Assembly (NCBI GenBank): GCA_964035545.1
Contig: OZ037773.1
Location: forward strand, 9,515,751-9,579,750
Origin: Bugula neritina
Taxonomy: Eukaryota > Animalia > Bryozoa
Direction: 5' to 3'
Length of the DNA stretch: 64,000 nt
Shown: positions 22,101 to 39,842 of the stretch, in pieces
Layout of the letters: the number at the start of each line of letters is the position of its first letter
Position numbering within the stretch: position 1 is the first letter of the stretch
The notes under the pieces: model-generated
Told to the model about the DNA's origin: nothing
Database searches by the model: none
What the model saw: only the letters and a program-made list of their open reading frames with translations
Translations under genes and position numbers: made by a program

Positions 22101-23539
22101 AGACGAAAGGGTAAAAATAAGAACCAGTCTGCTGCTGCTATCAGTAAACCCAAACTTCTGGAGCCTGCTGCTAATATTTCAATCAACCAATCACAACAAA
22201 GTAGTATACAGTCTCCTAACCGGTCACAACAAAGTAGTCTACAATCTCCTAACCGGTCACAACAAAGTAGTCTACCACCTGCTGACCAATCAACTACCAC
22301 AGATTTTGCAACCCCTTCAGTTGACTCATCAAGGAATACTCTGCAGCAGACTGAGTCACAGACTGACTCCATCCTCACCTCTGATCAATCCACCACTTCA
22401 GATTCTCAGATGATGAGGAACCAGGAATCTCTGACTGAACCAACTCTCACTCGTGTAGCCACCAATCAAACTGAGTCTCTCTCCTCGGCCAATCAGTCGA
22501 CTTCTACTGAATCCTGGAGAGAGTCGGTCGGAAATCAGACTGAGAAGCGACGCCCTGACTCCGTGGCAGAGAAATTCACCAACACTCAGCAGACGTTGAG
22601 CCTGAATGCCGCTCTGCAGACGGACAACTCTTCCCCACTCAACGTGCCGTCTGCAAGCAGCTCCGCACAGACGGATTCCATGCTTTCAGGATTTCCTTTA
22701 TCGTCACAAGTAGACAACTCCACGCAGTCAGTTGACAGTCCGCCGTCTGCACAACTGCCAATACATGAAGAAATTATTCCCGCTCTGTTAGCCAATCAGG
22801 AAGAGGTTCTTGCCGAACTATTAGCCAATCAGGAAACACCTCCTAACGAAATGTTAGCCAATCAGGAAGAGGTTCTTCCCGAACTGTCAGCCAATCAGGA
22901 AGCACCTCGTAATGAAATGTTAGATGAAGAGCTCCTCGCTGTGATTGATGAGAATTTGTTACAAACAGATAGGCCAGTTGTTGAAGAGAATATAGTAGCA
23001 AGTTCCATTCCAAGGCATAGAAAACCGGTAAAATCTGGAGATGAGACAACTCCAGCTGAGATGAGTCCAGTTGGAGGGTCGGCCAAGAAACCTGCTGCCA
23101 GGTATGTTCTGCTGACTGCCAGGAGATGATGCTAAGCTTGCTTCATCTGAACTGCTAAAATAAATAACCAGTAGCATAAATATACTCTAGTACTTAGTGA
23201 GGGAATTGAAAATTAGACCTACATTTAGAAATTTTATTGCGTGTAAAAATATTTAGTGAATATTGTAGGCAGCGCCTTATCTGTTCATTTTATAGTTTAG
23301 ATTTAATTGTACACGAAGATTTGCATGATTTAATGTCATCTCACGATGAATTTCTCTGCTATTTTAGGAAGCGTTGGCTGACGCCCCGTCTCATTAGGTA
23401 TCTGTTTACCATGATGGGAGCCCTGCTATTCTTCATTGTCATTTTCTTCCTTCTTGAGCCAAAGTGCTGTGAGAATACTCAATACCATAAAGGTATCTTC
23501 GGACTTAGGAAACACTACTCTCAGTTACCTCCACACTAA
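8595..23539 (+). CDS. Klarsicht/nesprin-like KASH-domain outer nuclear membrane protein (~2,974 aa)
   Basis: Phase-consistent exons: 8595-10113, 12372-16595, 16703-16776, 16887-16991, 17109-17345, [17620-17652 optional], 18431-18580, 18769-18975, 19750-19854, 20093-20248, 20418-20572, 20704-20844, 21422-23101, 23368-23539. C-terminus is a TM (YLFTMMGALLFFIVIFFLL) plus lumenal EPKCCENTQYHKGIFGLRKHYSQLPPH*. The segment WDYYQ...DSEDSDIEDL...ATCQTNIKCLQVI...DLISKWQSL resembles, from memory, the Klarsicht conserved helical/spectrin-like region. Confidence 0.85.
10790..10941. repeat. ~41-bp intronic tandem repeat
   Basis: About 3.5 copies of TATAGATTTACCTGCATACTCTTGTTTAGTAACTGCTAGTA-like units. 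Confidence 0.85.
12372..16595 (+). CDS. Giant 4,224-bp acidic, repeat-rich internal exon of the KASH gene
   Basis: TTTATCTTCAG| acceptor and CCAG|GTAAA donor, phase 1-1. Lies within the 1461-aa ORF. Confidence 0.88.
12730..13740 (+). repeat. Coding 36-bp tandem repeat (12 aa, HGEDFPDTE-type)
   Basis: Homogeneous core ~12900-13520 with degenerate units on both sides. Confidence 0.92.
13762..13925 (+). repeat. Coding 27-bp tandem repeat (EQGVDVLDT)
   Basis: About 6 copies of GAGCAGGGCGTGGATGTCCTAGACACA. Confidence 0.9.
23368..23539 (+). CDS. Terminal KASH-domain exon
   Basis: Basic patch, ~19-aa hydrophobic helix and a 27-aa tail with Cys at -22/-23 ending LPPH-stop. Confidence 0.88.
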
Positions 23540-25359
23540 TAGCGTTGCTACGGTACATCGGTGGTGTAGCCATTACCTAGCTATTACTACAGTACACTGG
23601 TAGTATGTCATCACCCAAGTGTTCTTCGTTCAGCTATTGATGTAGTACGTCATAAAACTGGGTCCATTTTGTAGTAGCTTAAAATTTAGGCATTTAAACT
23701 TTAAAGTTATCTCCCCGATGAGTAAAAATATATTTTATCATAATTGATAAACGCTTCATAATAATTTTGTACATAAGTTATATTATAGTGAAGAAATTAA
23801 AGATTTCTGTAAATTATTAGTGATTGTGCAAGTTTTTAACTAAAATTTATTTTTAAATAAGTATTATTTTAATACGGTATGTACGATAGTTTTGTATTTT
23901 TCTGCATTGATATTGTGCTTATTAATGCATGTTTATTTTTCATTCATATTGAACTTGTACGAATGTAGATAATTGTAATAGAAATTATGTACCCATGCAA
24001 GATATTTTCATTAAAGAGGCCTGTGTAAAGTTTTGTATCTGCATTTAGTTTATGCTTATATCCATGGAGTGGGTATAGTCAGTACTCATCCAAATGTATC
24101 TTTATGTGTCATGCAAAACGTAAACTCACAGATTTTTACTATTTATGATGTATTTTTGTATTCATTCAAACTAGATTTGTTGAAAAATAAAGCCATAAAT
24201 AAATTTGACATGTTTTGGTTTTACTATGTAACCCTGGTTCTACGAGTATGTATGTGATGGGGGGAGGGGGTAGGCATCGCCCTTGTTGAGGTGCAGTAAC
24301 AGCAAAATAAAGCTTTTAGGTGTCTTTTAATAATGAAATACACTACATGATTAACTTAGTGCATTGAAAATGTCAGAGTAGTTTCATGGGGAATTAATAA
24401 CTCAATAACCCATACACTGACTGGTTAGGATTTGAGTATAGTAATTGACAATTTTACTCCATATTTAGCTATGTGATGCTAATGCTCATCTTTTGACGCC
24501 AGCTGCCTTAAAAACTGAATTGTGGTAAACATAATATTTGAGATTTTATCTTTTTACTATCGCAAAATGTGAGTATTCATGCAATAGGGATAACAATTTT
24601 TTGTGATACTGCAAAAAAATCATAATGATTTGCACGCAAATGTTTTAATAGTTGTCCGTTCATGCTTCGCGACTGAGGAGACAACTCTTTTAACACAATT
24701 CTTGGGGATCTTTTGCGGTTTATTGCAATGTCAAGGTTTCTATGTTGCCCGATTAGCTCAGGTTTCAATGCTACTTAAAACTGCTTGGGTCGCTAAACAA
24801 TGCTCTCAACATGATTATAAGAACTCCGTCTACAAATGATGAGGTGATGAATATGCAGATGTTAAAATGAGCAAGATCATGATCATTTTGATTGTCTGCT
24901 ATCAATTCAGTACATATTTTCTTTCAGTAATTAGTTAAAAATTGGCTAAATGATTAGTTTAACGTTAAATTTTGAATTTCATCTTTTTTACTATGAATTT
25001 ATTAAAATGTAATTATTTAATAGTAATTATTATTACTAATTAGTTCTTACTCGAACTTACAGTTACGGAGTTGCTCGAATTATAATTAAACTTAATATTA
25101 TTATTAATATTATCATTATCATTATGATTTTTAATTATGAATTTGATTTTTTTAAAATTTTATTCATCAATATCAGTTTGTTTTATAATAATTTTAAGAC
25201 TAATGTTATGCATAATGATATTACAATTAATGAATTATGTATTTATTAGACTTAGTCTTACTCTTAGTAACTGTAAGTGTAAGTATTAGTATAACTATAA
25301 GTATAAGTATTACTATCACTGTAACTGTTATTGTTACTATTAGTATTATAAGTGATAAT

Positions 25360-25626
25360 TGATTTTAGGTAAAGATGGCACTTGTAAAGATGGCACAGGT
25401 AATAATGGCACCGGTAATAAGGGCACAAATGGAAAAGTGGGAAAAAATGGCACACTAATTTAGTAACTAATGTCAAATTTTCTGAAACCCCAAACTCAAA
25501 TCCGAAACCGTTAAGCCCCAAACTCAAATCTCCATACCTAAACCCCCATTCTAAACATCCAACTCCACTTCAAACACTAATAATAAAAATGTACCATTTT
25601 TACTTGTGCCATTTTTACCCGACACC
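25360..25626 (+). mobile_element. Short non-autonomous dispersed repeat (Helentron/HINE-like architecture)
   Basis: GGTAAxAATGGCAC tandem sub-repeats, a C-rich AAACCC tract and inverted GTGCCATTTTTACC. Reverse-orientation copy at ~52478-52706; fragments near 50540-50660, 51360-51470, 55495 and 61130. The class label is by architecture only. Confidence 0.55.
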
Positions 25627-26093
25627 ATGATGATTATATCAAATTTAATATAAGTTACAACTGGATACCAATGTTTTTATTAGTATCAGTATAAAATCAA
25701 GTATAACATTAACTATTACATTAACTATTAGTATTAAATTTAATATTTAACATTAATAATTTAAATTATAATTATCAAAAATGTTTTTCAATTTGGGTTT
25801 CATATTGAAATCAATCTCATTAGCTGATATTCGTATTGATATTGATGCTATAATATTAATTAATATTATTTGTGCATTATAATTACTAATAATGACAGTA
25901 GTAGCAATATTTATAGAATAAACCTACCTATTGGTATTAGTATTACATTTACTAAAAGTCTAACATTGTAATTAAGTCATAAATATGTCGGTCATATCAT
26001 TTGTTTAATAATTAGAATAATTTCAAAACAATTAGAGTTGCATCTATTACAAGAATTAGAACTAGAATCATAAGTACAATGTAGTTATAATAG

Positions 26094-26302
26094 GGAGCAG
26101 CCGTGGTGTAGGGGTTAGAGCGTTTGCCTAGTAAAGACGGAGGTCATGGGTTCAAGCCCAGACAAAGGCCATTAGTGATGTTAAGAAGAGCATCCAGTCA
26201 TAATTGCTCCTTTGCCTCATTTTAATAAGTCTTTAGCCTGATTTAACGAAAACCCCTTCCACCAGGGGTTTCTCACAGGGATAGCGACTATAAACTTGCG
26301 TG
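26094..26302 (+). mobile_element. tRNA-derived SINE with 11-bp target-site duplication
   Basis: A box TGGTGTAGGGG (~26104), B box GGTTCAAGCCC (26149-26159) and a 3' stem-loop GAAAACCCC...GGGGTTTC. Flanked by AGTTATAATAG at 26083-26093 and 26303-26313. Confidence 0.85.
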
Positions 26303-26521
26303 AGTTATAATAGAATTATATAGCAGCAAACTTTTTGTTCATAAAATTAACAAATTTCATTAAATCATAACAATTTATAATTTACAAGCATGCATAACAT
26401 GCATTTTAAGATTAAGAAAAAATGATCTGATAAGGCTGGTGTGTATACATCCCCTTTTATTTTCAATATAAAGATGAGTGCTCACTCTACCAGTATACTC
26501 GCAGTCACCTGAAAGAGTGAA

Positions 26522-29500
26522 ATGAGTTCAACTAACTTATCAACAGAACTTCCACACCAACAGAAACATTTGACAAAACATAAACATCAGGTAGGTTTAA
26601 ATGTTATGAGATTTCTTTACTCTGTTTCTATTTTATCTCTGGTAGCCTGGTTTACTGCAATACATATTTTAGTTCTCTTAGTTTCTATCAGAATTGAACC
26701 CTCAAACCACTATACATGTTAATCTCAAGGAATATTAGGGAATTGATTTTGTTAGCAGTAAAGTGGGTGTGCCAATTTTTGCTTATTATTTTAAGACTTA
26801 TGTTTTATTAATTGGATTGCGAAAAAAAATTCTAAAATTTATAGTATATTTGACTTTTGCAATTTGTCTCTACTCTGTTTCCTTTCTATGGAAAGGAAAC
26901 AGAGTAGAGACAATTCGCAAAAGTCAAATATACTAGAAATATACTGTTTCTCTACTTCTCTACTACTACTCTATATTTCTCTACTCTGTCTACTCACTAC
27001 TTTGTTTGCTTTCTACTCTGTTTATCTCTACTTGTAGTTACACAAAAGAACAGTCAGTGAGATCTGTAAGTCCCTCCATAAGGAGTGGTGGGTGTGTTCA
27101 ATATGTCTGGAGCTGATGTACCGCCCCCACGTTGTGAAACCGTGTCAGCATATATTCTGTGAGCGCTGCCTCCAGGATCTGGCCACCGCCAACCCCCTCC
27201 GTACCAGCTGCCCTCTCTGCAGGTCCTCCATAGAAGAGTGTCAGCTCTGCAGCGGTTAGTCTCTGCAAGTACTCAGTCTATATGCATACTCAGTATATAT
27301 GAATACTCAGTCTATATGAATACTCAGTATATATGAATACTCAGTCTATATGAATACTCAGTCTATATGTATACTCAGTCTATATGAATATGAATTGCAA
27401 GGTATTGTGTTGTATACAGATATCTCTCTACTCTCTACCATATCGGGGCCGACTCAAATTGAATACAATGACTCGGATTGGATAGAGCTATAGGTTATGA
27501 TCATGTATATCATACTCCTAGTCTCCTAATAGAAACAGATGGCTGACTTATGTCTCATGTTATACTCCCTATAGTGGTAGAGAAGTTCTAACATAAAAAG
27601 CTAGTCAGTATGCCTCGATGAGTAGATTTTGAATATTGTAATATTAGAGTTGCTCACAACAATATTATTCTGATGAAGTGGCTTTGTCGTTTTGCTCGGG
27701 ATTCTTCAAAGGTACTGGTAGTGTCAGGGACATCTTGCTATGGTTGCTGTAGTTACCAAATACTTTAGTAGCACCAACAGTATACAGTATAACATATGCT
27801 ATGACTAGTATACAGTGTAACATATGCTATGACTAGTATACAGTGTAACATATGCTATGACTAGTATACAGTATAACATATGCTATGACTAGTATACAGT
27901 ATAACATATGCTATGACTATTATACAGTATATAACATCTGCCATGCTAACTCTTACAGATGTAGACAAACAGATAAAGTCGCAGTTCCCCAATGAATATC
28001 GGAAGTTCACTGAAGGGAAGCAGAGGGCGGGGCCTCTTCCTGGCCACTCTAGTCGTCGACACTTGGGAATATTCGATTGGATAAGGTTCACCACAGGTAT
28101 TACAGAGCCCGCTGTACTGTCAGCATTTATTTGTTTGCTGTCTTCATGTGAGCTGTCAGTATTAGAATTGCCATCAATAACTATACTGTTACCAGTCACA
28201 TATTTCATAGCTGGTATTTAATTTCATGATTGAAGGCTTAGCTAATAAATTATATTGAAACTATCTTAGCTACAAGTAAAATGCAGCTTTGGAGTTGTGT
28301 GCCCCACCAAGTTGACTTCATTGTACATTTGAGTGCAAACATCAGTTATTTATAGTCTTGTTTGTTTGGTTGATTTGTTGTTTGGATTACTTATGCATGT
28401 CATATCTGATATTTTGTTGAGTCTTAGGTTTTCTTACCATCAGAGTAATTCCAGTAGTGATTAGTCACTGTTTGTTGTCTTAAGTTATCTGTACTCACTT
28501 TGTAGTAATTTCCTTTTCTCCAGTAACACTAATCTTGAGCTCTATTTTGATATTGTAGCCGAATTTATGTTTAATATATAATTAATGTGGTTTCTCATTG
28601 TTACTGATTACTAAAATAGATAATAAAGCAACCATAATTATAATTTGCATATTCATACTGTTATTGGCTATTCTATGGGCAGACAACTCTGAAACTATAT
28701 TTAGGTGCCAAACTAAGATATTTCTAGGAGTTTTATTACTTTACAAATGTGACTAGTCAGTCCTGTTTGATATGTTGTTTGTGTGTTGCTAGGCAACCGA
28801 GAATATCGGCATGTAGACAGGACGGATAGAGCTCTGTGGCATTTCTGCTCCTTTATCATTATGATTACGGTGAGTCAGTCAGTTATAAGTGTCAGTCAGT
28901 CAGTGAGAGTATAGGTCCGGGTCAGTTAGTGAGAGTGAATTATTTAGTTAATGGGTTTGGGGTGAGAGTTTGAGGTTTCAGAACATTTGGAAAGTTTTTA
29001 CTTTTGTTCAGAATTGCCTCCAGTTTTCAATCACTAATTTTCCTTCTTAGGAAGTGACCTCAGTAGATGTTAGGAAGTTCAACAACTTCTAATTAAGGAT
29101 GGAAGTTATTAGATGACAAAGTGTGTTATATATCTTTAGTGCTGTTTACTATTGCATTTCTGTTCACACTCTATCTCACACCACTACATCTAACCAAGTT
29201 ACAGCTAACCAAGTTACAGCTAACCAAGTTACAGCTAACCTATGACTCTCTACTCTACTAATAATAACACTTCAGTGTTTGAAACTGTAGACAGAAGTAG
29301 TTGTAGAAGTTGACACAGAAATGTTACATTTTATATTGAAATTAAAGCGAAGCTATCACCAGATATTAAAATGGCGTTTAACAAAAATTTTCAACTTAAT
29401 TTTTTAGTGAGTCTTGATTGATTGATTGATTGATTGATTTATTTATTACATATCACAAACATGACAACACGTTGCAAAATTCAGTGTAAATATTGGCTAT

Positions 29501-30043
29501 AATAAGTAGGAATGAACAAAATAAGAGAAAAAAATCAAAACTCTGTTGGATTATTTAAAATAAAAGCTCGTTTAAAGTATTTACAAGATGTCGCAAGAAG
29601 CTATCTCTGCCCCATGCCCCTCTATATTTGATGGTTCGATATCTTCCAGAAGGGCATTGACTAAGAAAGTTATTGATGAAATGGTCATTGTCTGTTATAT
29701 ATTTGATGGCAAGTTCTTTAGTGAGTTTCTGAATGTGCAAATCAATGTTTAGATACTTAATTCCGAGTTTTGAGCAATCTTTGAGAATTCTTCGAATAGC
29801 CTTTTTATCACTGGCATAGATACAAGTCTTGCTTTTTCTTTTTTACTAATCATTACTCATTTCGTTTGATTCTTGTTGCAGGTTGTTATCTGCAGTTTCT
29901 ACCTCGGCCATTACATCATTCTGGCGTCACGGTACATGTCGGATTATATCCCAGAAGTCCCCATTCCCAACGACTATAAACTTGATAATGTACCTCTCAT
30001 TGTCATTGGATTCATCTCCACTCTCATACTTATTCTGAGATAG
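26522..30043 (+). CDS. Membrane-anchored C3HC4 RING E3 ubiquitin ligase, RNF180-like (~220 aa)
   Basis: Exons 26522-26590, 27038-27254, 27959-28096, 28793-28869 and 29882-30043 join in phase. RING: CSICLELMYRPHVVKPCQHIFCERCLQDLATANPLRTSCPLCR, followed by FPNEY...GPLPG as in the RNF180 C-terminal region. Two hydrophobic segments near the C-terminus. Confidence 0.85.
26842..26935. repeat. Near-perfect 94-bp inverted repeat (hairpin) in intron 1
   Basis: TAGTATATTTGACTTTTGC-AATTT-GTCTCTACTCTGTTTCCTTTC / TATG / GAAAGGAAACAGAGTAGAGAC-AATTC-GCAAAAGTCAAATATACTA. Confidence 0.9.
27270..27390. repeat. 17-bp minisatellite (TACTCAGTCTATATGAA)
   Basis: About 7 copies, immediately after the RING exon donor. 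Confidence 0.88.
27778..27937. repeat. 28-bp minisatellite (TATACAGTATAACATATGCTATGACTAG)
   Basis: About 5.5 copies, just upstream of the acceptor at 27958. Confidence 0.9.
29191..29241. repeat. 15-bp tandem repeat (TAACCAAGTTACAGC)
   Basis: About 3 copies. Confidence 0.85.
29417..29824 (-). mobile_element. 5'-truncated LINE 3' end (CR1/L2/Rex-Babar group)
   Basis: Minus ORF ends ...DHFINNFLSQCPSGRYRTIKYRGAWGRDSFLRHLVNTLN, resembling the PSGRRYR..R...SF end of Rex1/L2-type ORF2. It is followed by AATAAA and an (ATCA)n tail. Flanked by AGTCTTG at 29410-29416 and 29825-29831. Confidence 0.75.
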
Positions 30044-30749
30044 GGTTCCAGCTGCATATCTATTTCTCCCACAGATATACTTATTACACTGTTTAATATC
30101 GCAAACTGTTGGTTACTACATAATATTATATTATACCGTAATATTTATGTTAATATTGATAATTATAGTGTAATACAGAGTTATGTAATATTACGATATA
30201 TTGTTTGTTGTAATATACTGATTATATTATATCGTAATATTGCATAATATTCAAACTATCATTATTAATTGATATTATGTTAAGCTTTTAATACTGTAAT
30301 GGGATGAAGTATCTTTTTCAGTTAGTTAAACAAGTAAAATGTTTTTACTGAGCAAGTGTTGAAGTTAATAGGTTCTTTTAACTTAAGGTTTTCATGAGTT
30401 TGTAGGTTTCATGGTATTAGCATTATATAATACAGTATTAATTTGGTATGCTCATTACTATAATCGTATGTTATAAGCCCAATGTCTTTCTACCTACATA
30501 CTACATCTACGATCTATTATATATCTACGAACTATATATTATTATAATACGTCTACTATATATTGTATACTAAGCACTATCTAGTATATATAATCTATTT
30601 GCCAGATAGAATACCCGACTTTGTACTAACTATGTACTACTCTCTGTTCACATTGTCATAATAATTATATTAAAGTAATAAATAAAGTGTCTTTGATTGC
30701 AGATGTTTGGTTGTATCAGATGTACCTCAATGCTGAATGCATCATGTGA

Positions 30750-31041
30750 GCTGTTTGGTTATACAAGCACATGCTAGGTACCAGTGACAGTTTATCTCTA
30801 TGTTATTTGGTTAACACATTGTGTGTAAGATAGATGTTTGGTTATACAAGCACATGCTAGGTACCAGTGACAGTTTATCTCTTTGTTATTTGGTTAACAC
30901 ATTGTGTGTAAGATAGCTGTTTGCTTATACAAACACATGCTACGGTGACAGTGACAGTTTATCTCTATGTTATTTGGTTAACACATTGTGTGTAAGATAG
31001 ATGTTTGCCTATACAAACACATGCTAGGTGACAGTTTATCT
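30750..31041. repeat. 83-bp tandem repeat
   Basis: About 3.5 copies of GTTTGGTTATACAAGCACATGCTAGG...GTGTAAGATAG. Confidence 0.9.
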
Positions 31042-32177
31042 GTGACTATACACAAAGTTTAAATATTAGTCATTAGACACCAGTTCACAAGAACACCACT
31101 AATATTATGCTCTATATGATGATGGCGACAGGCTATAGCACATGTATAGCTTTAGGACTTTATCTTAGTATTAATATCATTCGAAAGTCATGTAATGCTG
31201 TAGCCACAATGCGTCTCTAGATTTACTGAAAGATGGTTTTAAATCATTCTCAACTGGCAATTTATGGGTTTCAACATGCAAACTAAATACGCTTATAAAG
31301 CTGACAAGAGTTTCGGTGTCACACAGCACCACTTATCAATGTGAGGGGAGATTCTCATCAATGCTAACTATTACAATGAGAAGATAAACTGCCTTGGCCT
31401 ACAAAGTGACTTGAAATGCCTCTGTTGTAAACAGAGTCAAACTTAAGCAAACAGCATCTGCTAAAGCCATCACATTAATAATTGAACTGCTTTGTGTTGT
31501 ATGATAATTAAATCTAACAGAACAACAGACATTAATTGAGTCATGTATTATGTCAGCCTTTATAAAGTACATATTTTTCAAAGGGGGGAATTACTGGTAA
31601 GAGTTTGTGAAAGGAGGAATGGTATGAAACAAGTGGAGTTCTACTGAACTAGATAGACTCGCAGCTTTCATATAAGGAGTAATAAACTGAACTTGAATTT
31701 CTAAAGAAACCATGCTAATAATATCTCCTTCGGCAGCTTGTGACAGTTATATTAGTTTATTATATAAAAACCTCTGCACCAAGGAGCATAGGTGCAAACA
31801 TATTCTTTTTTATTGTGGTAGTGTATACTTAAAGAGGAAGGGTGGCCAAATACAAAGACAAATAATATTCCACTACTGTGCATTGTCAAACTATATTTAT
31901 GCTGTTGCTATATTTATGCAATGCTAAACCGATGTAAGAGTCTGATTAAAAGCCCAAAAAACATTCTGGTGCAATAAGTCAACCGCAATACTTCATGCGC
32001 TGTGGATGTGAAGGCAAGGAATCAATGTTCTGTTCAATTCTGACACACCGTTTGCATTGTTTGTAAATTTGGCCAATCAAAACATGGCCACGTAGTGAAA
32101 CCATAATCATAGCTGGTTATGCAGATATATAACACTATATAAGGTGTGTTATCTTACAGTGACTGCATGATCAAATC

Positions 32178-38748
<6,571 letters not shown>

Positions 38749-38955
38749 AATTTGTGAGCACAAAACCCAGCAATAGGCATTTGGTTTGTGTGTTTCCAGC
38801 ACCCATCACTTATAGTATTTATATTTTAGTTACTTAATTATTTATTTTACATCTGCACTTTGTATTGGAAAATTTAGCATCTTTTACCTGTGTTTTAATT
38901 TCTTAATTTCTATGTTTGTAAATTCAAGATGAGCTATAGTTATCAAATTAAATAC

Positions 38956-39059
<104 letters not shown>

Positions 39060-39275
39060 GCGCATCCGCATTCTATATGTTTATTAGTCAAAGATTTGAT
39101 ACTAACATAGAATGAGCTGCACTATACATCAGATATTCTGTATCTAGTACATAATATCTACTTCATATCTATTTTATATCTATATTTTATAATTACACTA
39201 ACATCATTTGGCCAATAACTTAGCAACTGAAAGAGTTGTCTGTTCAGAACTGTGTGAAAGCCAGACGATGACTAT

Positions 39276-39842
39276 TGTTATAATTTATGCGTGGAATGTT
39301 ATTATTCGCTGCATGAAATTATAGGTGTGGATTTTTAGCTGATGAGAACACAGTGACTCTTTGTCTAGTAGAATAATTATTAACAATAAACCAGAATATT
39401 CATACTTATTACCCTTTATTTCTGTTCCAAATTACATTAAAATAAAAAGAGAGTTCGAGGGGATAACTCAGTACATCAAGAGAAAAACTATTTATGACTA
39501 TTATTCTAGGTACGTATAAAATATAACTATATAACTAAGTGTACAGGTGTCCTTGGTCCGTAGCTTCTTGGTGTGTCTTCATCCAGTGCTGGCAGTAAGC
39601 TGGTTTATGTGCCTCCTTTTATATGTTGGAGGTAGCTGGATCTAGAATGTTCCGTGCAAACTCGAAAGAGTTAGCTCGAATCCAAGGGATTCGCAGGAGT
39701 TCGAAGGGTATTAACAAAGAGTTTGCAGCAGCTCGCTCGAATCGAGCGAACTTTCGTGGGAAAATCCCAGTCACTTTAGATTACATAATCAGCCCTACGC
39801 GTAGCTATGAACAATAGCTAATCGGTCATTATCATAATAACA
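39276..39842 (-). mobile_element. Probable solo LTR
   Basis: TGTTAT...ATAACA termini. Minus-strand TATAAAAGG (~39623) upstream of AATAAA (~39420), the same layout as the LTR at 2774-3321. More CpG-rich than its flanks. No clean TSD. Confidence 0.45.

Noticed and set aside
26094-26170. Possible tRNA gene
   Set aside because: Acceptor and anticodon stems do not pair well, and the sequence continues into a body bounded by a TSD, so it is a SINE head.
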